Origin: Fidelibacterota bacterium
GTDB lineage: Bacteria > Fidelibacterota > Marinisomatia > Marinisomatales > TCS55
Assembly (NCBI GenBank): GCA_027251445.1
Contig: JAPNQO010000095.1
Coordinates: 1 to 19,240, forward strand
Direction: 5' to 3'
Length of the DNA stretch: 19,240 nt
The notes below the pieces were generated by a model. The model had not been told where the DNA came from. It saw only the letters and a list, made by a program, of their open reading frames with translations, and made no database searches. Positions within the stretch are counted from its first letter, which is position 1. Every line of letters begins with the position of its first letter. A program made the translations under genes and the position numbers. Of this stretch, positions 9,244 through 16,993 are shown in pieces.

Positions 9244-10112
9244 TGTTAGATAGATTATTATTTTTATTTGCAGAGGGTTTTAGAAATTTACTAAGACATA
9301 AATTAACAGTCTTTGCTGCGATATTTTCTGTATTTATGACGATGATAATAATTGGTTCTCTATTAATTATTGGAAAGAATACAAATAAATTAATTTATTA
9401 TCTTCGATCTAAATATAAGATAGAAGTTTTTTTTGATAGTGACATTTCTAAAAGGGATGCTGTTAATTTAGTGGAAGATATAGGTTCAATTAAAGGCGTT
9501 CGCAATACTACTTTCATTGATAAAGAAAATGCTACTAGAATTTTTGAAAAGCAATTTGGAGAAAACATTTTAGATTATATAGATCGTAATCCGCTACCTA
9601 TGAGTTGTGTTGTTAATGTAAATCGAACAGGTGATTTTGAATTAGATATTTTTCCGATTGTTAAAAAAATAAATGCATTAGATGGTGTCGATAACGTTGA
9701 GCATCAGGGAAAGTTAATTCAAAGAATAGAAAGCTATCATAATCGTTTTACAAAGCTATTTTTTATATCATCCATTATTATTATTGCCATTACAATTAGC
9801 ATTATATACAATACAATTAAATTAACTATTTATGCGAAAAAAGATTTAATTCAGGACTTACATATTATTGGCGCAACAAATACCTTTGTAAAAGTACCAT
9901 TTTTAATAGAAGGAGTATTGCAAGGATTGATAGGGTCAGTTATCGCTTTCACGTTTTTATCAATAGCATTAAAGATAGGTAATAGCTTATTATCTCAATT
10001 TGTCTCTATTTCCATTCGTATGGATCCTGCAGCAGCATCTGTGATGCTTTTGATAGGAATATTAATTAGTTTTATTGGAAGTTTTCTTTCAGTTTCACGG
10101 TTTTTACCATAA
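9243..10112 (+). CDS. ftsX: Cell division permease FtsX
   Basis: Four TM segments with a large periplasmic loop after TM1; NPLP, IYNTIKLTIYA, IIGAT..FVKVPFLIEG motifs; follows ftsE. Confidence 0.93.
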   Translation: MLDRLLFLFAEGFRNLLRHKLTVFAAIFSVFMTMIIIGSLLIIGKNTNKLIYYLRSKYKIEVFFDSDISKRDAVNLVEDIGSIKGVRNTTFIDKENATRIFEKQFGENILDYIDRNPLPMSCVVNVNRTGDFELDIFPIVKKINALDGVDNVEHQGKLIQRIESYHNRFTKLFFISSIIIIAITISIIYNTIKLTIYAKKDLIQDLHIIGATNTFVKVPFLIEGVLQGLIGSVIAFTFLSIALKIGNSLLSQFVSISIRMDPAAASVMLLIGILISFIGSFLSVSRFLP

Positions 10113-10187
10113 TATTAATTACAAACTTGATTTATTGAATTCTTAATAGATAATTAACAAATTTTAATACAAGAATAATCAGAGATA

Positions 10188-11201
10188 ATGAAGTTAAATC
10201 AAAGAGAAAAAGAAATACTTAAAAAGACAATAGAGGATTATATATCCTTTGGGACTCCTATTAGTTCACAAAGTTTGCATAACAATTATTTCAATCAATT
10301 AAGTGCTGCTACCATAAGAAATTCATTAGCAAAACTTGAGCAAACAGGTATGCTAAAGAGTATTCATACTTCATCAGGAAAAGTTCCCACAGATAATGGT
10401 TATAGATATTATGTAGATAGTTTGATAGCTGAAAATACTTCCACCATACAAGAATATGATAATATAGCTCAAAAGCTATCAGATGCTTCTGATAATTTAG
10501 AAGACTTGCTGCAGGCAACCGCCTACATGTTAGGTAAAATTAGTAGATTATTTAGTATGGTTATTATCTCTAAACAGCAAAAAAATATCTTGAATGAAAT
10601 AGAATTATTACACCTGTCATCTGAACGTATAATGTTAGTGCTTGGATTAGACTCAGGTTTTATTCGATCGATAGTCTTAAACCTAAATATTACTATCGAT
10701 AGTTCTTCACTTAAATTTATTAATGAAGCTTTAAAAGATAGGTTACTAGGTTTATCATTAGACGAAATTCAATCGAGTATAAAAGAACGATTAAAAGAAT
10801 CTCAGTATTTTGATCATGAGATTGTTCAAATTCTAGTGCAAGACCCAAATAAGCATTTTAAGATTTCTGGTGAAAAGCTTGTGTATACTTCACCTTTTTA
10901 TCAATTATTAGATTATCCAGAGTTTCATGAGATAAATAAACTAAAAACATTAATGTCATATATTCATGATAAGTCTATGGAAGAATATTTTAATAAGTAT
11001 TTATTGGATGGTGGCAATAGTATCATTATTGGAAAAGAAATTGGTGATTCTAATTTTAATAATTGTTCTATTATTAGTGAACCATTTGAAAATAATAATA
11101 TTAATGGTCAAATGTTAGTATTAGGCCCTAAGCGAATACCTTACAAAAATATTAAAAGAATTTTAACAAATTTTACTGATATAATTAATGATGTCCTCTA
11201 A
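10188..11201 (+). CDS. hrcA: Heat-inducible transcription repressor HrcA
   Basis: N-terminal wHTH LNQREKEIL...YI...PISS, SAATIRN, HTSSGKVPTDNGYRYYVD; C-terminal VLGPKRIPY; upstream of grpE-dnaJ. Confidence 0.93.
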   Translation: MKLNQREKEILKKTIEDYISFGTPISSQSLHNNYFNQLSAATIRNSLAKLEQTGMLKSIHTSSGKVPTDNGYRYYVDSLIAENTSTIQEYDNIAQKLSDASDNLEDLLQATAYMLGKISRLFSMVIISKQQKNILNEIELLHLSSERIMLVLGLDSGFIRSIVLNLNITIDSSSLKFINEALKDRLLGLSLDEIQSSIKERLKESQYFDHEIVQILVQDPNKHFKISGEKLVYTSPFYQLLDYPEFHEINKLKTLMSYIHDKSMEEYFNKYLLDGGNSIIIGKEIGDSNFNNCSIISEPFENNNINGQMLVLGPKRIPYKNIKRILTNFTDIINDVL

Positions 11202-11745
11202 AAAGATGAAGTCTAAAAAACAAACTACTAAAGAAAATGTATCGAATAAAAAGAAGGCTGCTAAGTCTACTGCTAGAGTTGATAAGAATAAATTATTAAT
11301 TGAAAAGTTAACTACAGAAAATAAAGAATTAGAAGATAAGCTATTAAGATCTAAAGCCGAGTTTGAAAATTTTCGTAAAAGAAAAGAAAAAGAAATTATA
11401 GATATGATTAAATATGAAGGTAAAGATGTAGTTAAAGCCATGATTTCTATAGTAGATGATCTGGAAAGACTATATCTTGCTATAGATGTTAATAATGATT
11501 CAAATAAATCCCTTCAAGAAGGCATTTCTATGATTCAATCAAAAATTGATAAAATATTCTCAGAAAGGGAAATCTCTTCTTTTTGTGAAGAAGGTGATAT
11601 TTTAGATTCTGATTTACATGATGCATTAATGGTAAAACAAGAGAAAGATAGAAAAGATAATGAAATAATTGAGGTATTTGAAAAAGGATATAAATATCGT
11701 GAACGTGTAATACGACATGCAAAAGTAGTGGTAAATAAATCATGA
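11188..11745 (+). CDS. grpE: Nucleotide exchange factor GrpE
   Basis: [32 protein letters not shown]...[10 protein letters not shown]. Confidence 0.95.
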   Translation: MMSSKKMKSKKQTTKENVSNKKKAAKSTARVDKNKLLIEKLTTENKELEDKLLRSKAEFENFRKRKEKEIIDMIKYEGKDVVKAMISIVDDLERLYLAIDVNNDSNKSLQEGISMIQSKIDKIFSEREISSFCEEGDILDSDLHDALMVKQEKDRKDNEIIEVFEKGYKYRERVIRHAKVVVNKS

Positions 11746-12833
11746 GAGATTATTATGAAATATTAGGCGTTGATCGTAATGCGAGCACAGATGAGTTAAA
11801 AAAAGCCTATCGAAAGATAGCTCTAAAATACCATCCAGATAAAAACCCTGATGATAAGGAAGCAGAAAAAATATTCAAGGAAGCTGCTGAAGCATACAGC
11901 ATTTTAAGCGACAGTAAGAAAAAAGCTCAATATGATCAGTTTGGTCATGCTGGAGTTGGCATGGGACAAGGTGGTGGTGGCTTTTCAGGTGGAGTTCATA
12001 TGTCAATGGATGATATTTTTAGTCAATTTGGAGATATTTTTGGTGGTGATGATATTTTTAGTAGTTTTTTTGGTGGAGGTTCTGGTAGAAGATCTAGTTC
12101 TCGTCGAGGTAATGACATTCGTATAAGAATTAAATTAGATTATGAGGATATTGCTAAGGGTATAGATAAAAAGATAAAGATTAAAAGGTCGATAGTATCT
12201 CCTGATATAAAACTTACCACCTGTCCTACATGTAATGGCCAAGGACAAGTTTCACAGGTTTCTAATACGATTTTGGGGCAGATGCGTACACAATCTATTT
12301 GTCCCCATTGTCAAGGTAATGGCAAAGCTGTGGGTAACAGACCTAGCGGAGTATCTCCTGATGGGTTGATAAAAAAAGATGAGACAATAAAATTCAAGGT
12401 TCCAGCAGGGGTTGAAGAAGGAAATTATATGACCTTAGAAGGTAAAGGGAACGAAAGTATTAGCGGATCTCCAGGTGATTTAATTGTAATGTTTGAAGAA
12501 AATGATCATCAATATTTTATAAGAAATGGTGATGATATTCTTATAGAAGCGCATATTTCTTTTTCCCAGGCAGCTTTAGGCGATACTCTTGAGATACCTA
12601 CTTTAAATGGGATAGCAAAATTAAAAATTCCATCGGGAATACAATCAGGACAAATTTTAAGAATGAAAGGTAAAGGTTTTCCTAGAATTCGCAGATCAAG
12701 CAAAGGCGATCAATTAGTTAAGATACAAGTTGAAACACCAAAGAAATTATCTAGTAGTTTGAAAAAGATTATGAAAGAATTATCAAGCGCTGATGGTAAG
12801 GTTCAGAATCAGTTTCAAAAAATGAAATTTTAA
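11742..12833 (+). CDS. dnaJ: Molecular chaperone DnaJ (only two CxxCxGxG repeats)
   Basis: J-domain RDYYEILGV...[10 protein letters not shown] region with DIF motifs, CPTCNGQG and CPHCQGNG, C-terminal peptide-binding domains ([28 protein letters not shown]); ATGA overlap with grpE. Confidence 0.96.
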   Translation: MRDYYEILGVDRNASTDELKKAYRKIALKYHPDKNPDDKEAEKIFKEAAEAYSILSDSKKKAQYDQFGHAGVGMGQGGGGFSGGVHMSMDDIFSQFGDIFGGDDIFSSFFGGGSGRRSSSRRGNDIRIRIKLDYEDIAKGIDKKIKIKRSIVSPDIKLTTCPTCNGQGQVSQVSNTILGQMRTQSICPHCQGNGKAVGNRPSGVSPDGLIKKDETIKFKVPAGVEEGNYMTLEGKGNESISGSPGDLIVMFEENDHQYFIRNGDDILIEAHISFSQAALGDTLEIPTLNGIAKLKIPSGIQSGQILRMKGKGFPRIRRSSKGDQLVKIQVETPKKLSSSLKKIMKELSSADGKVQNQFQKMKF

Positions 12834-12946
12834 TTGATATGATTAAATATTTAGAACAATCTTTATTTATAATAAATTATAATCGTATAGTTAATTAATT
12901 TCTTTATACATAAATAATAATACGTTAAGGAAGTGAGTACATAATT

Positions 12947-13699
12947 TTGGATAAACTTAAAAGAAAACAATATTCTGATTTGATAGAATTGGGTATTGTG
13001 TTTGCTTTTCTATTTATGATAATTACTATTTATGTACCCAGTATGATCTGGGAGGAAGAGAATGAGGCCTCTAATACTGCTAGATTTAATATTCAAACTG
13101 TGTATGATATTGAATATTTTTATAGAATACTTACAGATAAATATGAATCCGATGGACTATGGGCAATGAATGTAGTAAATGCAGTTCGTGATTCTGTATT
13201 AGCAGATTCAACATATCTTGGAGAGAGAAATTTTGAATTAATTGGTCAAAACATAAGTGTAAATATTCCAGATGGTTTTGATGTTGAATATGATACAACG
13301 TTTGGATTTTTAAAAACGCGAAGAGATACACTAATGGATACTATTCATACTGTTGTTGTTTATTCAGAAGAATTATCGCGTAATGATACGAGCTTTGTAA
13401 CTAAAGACGATCTTTCATTAGTAATGCTTGATGATGGATTTATCTCTGATTTAGGATATGAAACAAAGCTAAGATCTGAAGTTGTATCTTATTATGATAG
13501 CTATATCCCTGATTCATCAAATTTTTATTGCCCGTTAACAAATGAAAAGATTGTAGTGAATCTTAAAGATGAGGGTGAGATCCTTCGAATTTCTAGTCCA
13601 ATAGAAGGAATATATAGTGAAGGCAGATATTTACTTTTTTCATTTAAGACTAGAAACCACGGATATATTGAAGATGGATCGCGTAGTTGGGACCAGTAG
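12947..13699 (+). CDS. Hypothetical single-pass membrane protein with a degenerate type IV pilin/pseudopilin-like N-terminus
   Basis: Basic leader KLKRKQY, then SDLIELGIVFAFLFMIITIYVP with E at +5 and P at +22, followed by an amphipathic helix (ARFNIQTVYDIEYFYRILTDKY). The ORF is solid; the pilin assignment is pattern-based. Confidence 0.6.
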   Translation: MDKLKRKQYSDLIELGIVFAFLFMIITIYVPSMIWEEENEASNTARFNIQTVYDIEYFYRILTDKYESDGLWAMNVVNAVRDSVLADSTYLGERNFELIGQNISVNIPDGFDVEYDTTFGFLKTRRDTLMDTIHTVVVYSEELSRNDTSFVTKDDLSLVMLDDGFISDLGYETKLRSEVVSYYDSYIPDSSNFYCPLTNEKIVVNLKDEGEILRISSPIEGIYSEGRYLLFSFKTRNHGYIEDGSRSWDQ

Positions 13700-13708
13700 C
13701 ATTCTGGT

Positions 13709-15658
13709 TTGATCGCACTTTACATATCTGAATCACAGATATCAATTGCCCATTACTCTAGGGTACAAGGTAGCCCCTTATTAGCTAATCTTTGCGTTGT
13801 AGATCTTGAAGACTCTCTAGCTGAGAATATCAACAATGAAGAACTAGCAGTTAGTTATCTGATTAATGCTATAGACAAAGCAAGTAAAACAGTCTTTTTT
13901 TCAGGTAATGAAATTATTATCTGCATATCTGATTCTCTTATAAATCATGAAGTTTTTAAAACTGAAATTGATTCTTCTGATAAACAAATTCAGCAATTAG
14001 TAGAGTGGAAAAAAGATAAGAGATTTGGGCCAACTGTTGAAAAGTTTCAGGCTTTTATTGAATTGTATAATGATAGAAGTTTAGGGCATATAGTTTATAT
14101 ACATGATTATTTAATAAAAGCAACTCAGAGAATATGTGATACGTATTCTTGTTCGCCAATTTGGATGGGAAGCAAATCAATGATATTATATGCTTTAGGA
14201 AATTTTCCCTTAATGACTGTAGAGTATCTTAAAGGATCTTATAATACATTTTATTTTGGATTAGATACTATTAATGGTGGAAGAGTATCATATGGAAAAG
14301 AAGGTTTAAAATGTGTAGATACAATTGGTGAAAAAGAATTTATGGAGAAATTATTTTTACAAAAATTTACCATGAAAAATAAACCCCCATGGACGTTGTT
14401 ATTAAATGAAATATCAGATGCAAGAAAAATGCATTGGAAGAAATTTAATCTGAAAAAACACGAATTATTCTCTCAACTTAGTTTAGATAATGTGAAAATA
14501 GATGGACCTGAAATGACTACTGAGCATCAAATTATTCTCTCAACAATGATAATGCATCCAAATATTCATCAAGGTATAAATATGTATAATAGCCCCCATT
14601 TGGTTGTAGATCGTGCTTACCATGAAGATAGTTTCATCTATGATAATTATGAAGACAATGAGTTGCCAAGTGTAAAAGTAAGAGATAAGAGCCAAGATAA
14701 AAAAGCTATATCAAAAGTAAACAAAAAAATGCAGATAACATGGAAAAATCCTTTTACAAGTATAGCTTTCATGATAATAAAACCATTTACTATTACTGCA
14801 GAATTTTTTAATAATCTTTTTTATTCAATAAGGACTGCAATCAAATTAAAATGGTCATCTGAAGATTTAATATCATTTATAAGTGCCTTTCTATTAATCA
14901 GTTCGTTTGCTCTAACAATTTATTTTAAAGAGATGAAGCAAAAAAGAATCCCTGAACTAGAATACGAATATATTAATGCGGTTAGTGATATTAGCAACAA
15001 AAGGATAAAAAATAATAATCCGTTATCTATTGCAAGCAATCAACTACCTTTTGGAAATACTCTATCTAAAGATGAAATCATATACCTGCAGTCTAATGCA
15101 ATGAAAAAAGGTATTAATAATGTTTTTTCGTTAATTGAAGAGGGAAGCTTAGTTTATCTATCCAGTATTGAAAATGTGCTGAATTTAGAGTTTGTTGGTG
15201 AAAATATTACTCGAAGGAACATCTTAAATATTGGTAAAATTTTTGAATCACGACGTGATCGTATTGATTGTTGTGGTGGGTATAAATATCATACAGGTAT
15301 AGAATTAAAATATGAAGATATTAATGAACCTAATCAATCGATAGCTTTACCTGTAGCTGCAATACTAAGTATAATTAAATCAGAATATAATATATCAAGC
15401 TTGTTACATAAGGACGATCGATTAATGGGAGAAAGAATGCAAACTCCAGTTATAATAGGTATGAATGCAGATGAAAAAACTGTCCGACAAACGATTTATG
15501 ATATTTCAAAAACTGCTAAAAACTTATTATTTAGAAAGATTATATATAAATATGATCCAGAAACATTAACGACCAAAGGAACACTGTATTTATCTATTAT
15601 GCATCCTGTATCAAGCGTAAAGAATACCGAGTCAGTTGATTATAGCGAATTACCATGA
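13709..15658 (+). CDS. Hypothetical bitopic membrane protein; N-terminal PilM/GspL-like cytoplasmic domain, linker, TM helix and about 240 aa extracytoplasmic region
   Basis: MIALYISESQISIAHY and EIIICISDSLINHEVF...DKQIQQLVEWK resemble PilM (IGLDIG.SSIK..; VAIAL..S.VI.K.I......E....IEWE). Hydrophobic helix LISFISAFLLISSFALTIYF near 14867-14926. TTG start. Confidence 0.55.
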   Translation: MIALYISESQISIAHYSRVQGSPLLANLCVVDLEDSLAENINNEELAVSYLINAIDKASKTVFFSGNEIIICISDSLINHEVFKTEIDSSDKQIQQLVEWKKDKRFGPTVEKFQAFIELYNDRSLGHIVYIHDYLIKATQRICDTYSCSPIWMGSKSMILYALGNFPLMTVEYLKGSYNTFYFGLDTINGGRVSYGKEGLKCVDTIGEKEFMEKLFLQKFTMKNKPPWTLLLNEISDARKMHWKKFNLKKHELFSQLSLDNVKIDGPEMTTEHQIILSTMIMHPNIHQGINMYNSPHLVVDRAYHEDSFIYDNYEDNELPSVKVRDKSQDKKAISKVNKKMQITWKNPFTSIAFMIIKPFTITAEFFNNLFYSIRTAIKLKWSSEDLISFISAFLLISSFALTIYFKEMKQKRIPELEYEYINAVSDISNKRIKNNNPLSIASNQLPFGNTLSKDEIIYLQSNAMKKGINNVFSLIEEGSLVYLSSIENVLNLEFVGENITRRNILNIGKIFESRRDRIDCCGGYKYHTGIELKYEDINEPNQSIALPVAAILSIIKSEYNISSLLHKDDRLMGERMQTPVIIGMNADEKTVRQTIYDISKTAKNLLFRKIIYKYDPETLTTKGTLYLSIMHPVSSVKNTESVDYSELP

Positions 15659-16170
15659 ATATAATTTCGGGCCGCTATAAAGGCTTACAAATAAAGACCA
15701 ACAAAAGACTCCCATATCGTCCTACTTCGTCTAGAGTTAGAAAAAGTATATTTGATATATTAGGTAATCTAAATGATTTATCTGTATTAGATATTTTTGC
15801 AGGTAGTGGTATACTTGGGTTTGAAGCAGTGAGCAGGGGAGCATCTGAAATTACATTTGTGGATAATAATAGAAAGGTAATTGAATTAATTAAAATTAAT
15901 TCTAATAAATTTAATGAACAGTTAAATGCAAATATAATTTGCAGTAAATGGGATATTTTTTTGAAAAAGAATAAACTGTACGATATAATATTTGCAGATC
16001 CTCCTTATGGGAAGATAGATATTTATAAATTAAAGGAAATATGTTTCAGCTCATTATTAAATAATGGTAGATTTATTTTAGAATCATCAAAAAATGATAG
16101 AATACCTGAAGGAGGTATTACTAAGCATTATGGAGATACAGTTGTAACTTTTTGGACAAATTCATCATGA
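15655..16170 (+). CDS. rsmD: 16S rRNA m2G966 methyltransferase RsmD
   Basis: MNIISGRYKG, RPTSSRVRKSIF, LDIFAGSGILGFEAVSRGA, FADPPY, YGDT; directly upstream of coaD. Confidence 0.93.
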   Translation: MNIISGRYKGLQIKTNKRLPYRPTSSRVRKSIFDILGNLNDLSVLDIFAGSGILGFEAVSRGASEITFVDNNRKVIELIKINSNKFNEQLNANIICSKWDIFLKKNKLYDIIFADPPYGKIDIYKLKEICFSSLLNNGRFILESSKNDRIPEGGITKHYGDTVVTFWTNSS

Positions 16171-16646
16171 AAAATATTATATATCCAGGTACTTTTGACC
16201 CAATTACTAATGGTCATTTAGATATTGCTGAAAGAGCATCTACTCTTTTTGATGAAGTCATGATTGTCATCGCTAATAATCCTAGGAAAGAATCGCTTTT
16301 CACCATTGATGAAAGAATTGATTTAATTAAGAAATCAACTTCGCATTTAAAGAATGTATTAGTACATACAACTGAATCGTTAATTGTGAATTTTGCCAGA
16401 AAGAATAAATCAGTTGCATTAATTCGAGGTCTTCGATCCATAAGTGATTTTGAATATGAATTTCAAATGGCACTAATGAATCGATCATTAGCGCCTGAAA
16501 TAAGCACGATATTTATGATGCCTGATGAAAAATACATGCATTTAAATTCTACTGTAGTTAAAGAAATTGCGGCTTTAGAAGGAGATATATCTTCATATGT
16601 ACCTGAAGTTGTGAATACAGCTTTAAAATCTAAATTAACTAAATAA
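16167..16646 (+). CDS. coaD: Pantetheine-phosphate adenylyltransferase
   Basis: Start re-called at ATG16167 (ATGA overlap with the rsmD stop). IYPGTFDPITNGHLDI, LIRGLRSISDFEYEFQMALMNR, NSTVVKEIA. Confidence 0.96.
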   Translation: MKNIIYPGTFDPITNGHLDIAERASTLFDEVMIVIANNPRKESLFTIDERIDLIKKSTSHLKNVLVHTTESLIVNFARKNKSVALIRGLRSISDFEYEFQMALMNRSLAPEISTIFMMPDEKYMHLNSTVVKEIAALEGDISSYVPEVVNTALKSKLTK

Positions 16647-16703
16647 TCTAATTTATATTCTAGCGCAGTTTTTTCTGTATTAATTACATTTTAACTTATT
16701 ATT

Positions 16704-16991
16704 ATGCCTACTTATGATTACATATGCAATGAATGTGGTGAAAGGTTTGAACATTTTCAACCTATGTCATCATCTCCTTTAACAGAGTATGTTCATTGTA
16801 AAGACGAAGAATCAAGCGTAAAAAGGTTAATTAGTGGAGGATCTGGATTGATTTTTAAAGGATCAGGGTTTTACTTGACCGATTACAAAGATGCTCCTAA
16901 AGAAAAGAATAATGATGATAAGCCAAAGAAAAAGTCTAAGAAGAAGTTGAAAAAAGAAAAACCCGTAGATACTGTAAAAAGTGAGAAATAA
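16704..16991 (+). CDS. FmdB-family zinc-ribbon protein with Lys-rich tail
   Basis: MPTYDYICNECG..FE.FQ.MS, KRLIS.G.G.IFKGSGFY.TDY. Confidence 0.88.
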   Translation: MPTYDYICNECGERFEHFQPMSSSPLTEYVHCKDEESSVKRLISGGSGLIFKGSGFYLTDYKDAPKEKNNDDKPKKKSKKKLKKEKPVDTVKSEK

Positions 16992-16993
16992 AT

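Noticed and set aside
10127..10154. Possible sigma70 promoter TTGATT-16-GATAAT upstream of hrcA
   Set aside because: Weak match in AT-rich DNA; not distinguishable from background.
12009..12080. Repeated GATATTTTT(A/G)GT units
   Set aside because: They encode the normal DIF motifs of the DnaJ G/F-rich region; not a CRISPR array or DNA-level repeat.
12834..12946. Very AT-rich spacer with TATAAT copies and a small palindrome (TTTATT-TAT-AATAAA)
   Set aside because: No properly spaced -35 and no GC stem. Such matches are expected by chance at this AT content. A promoter is plausible but cannot be placed.
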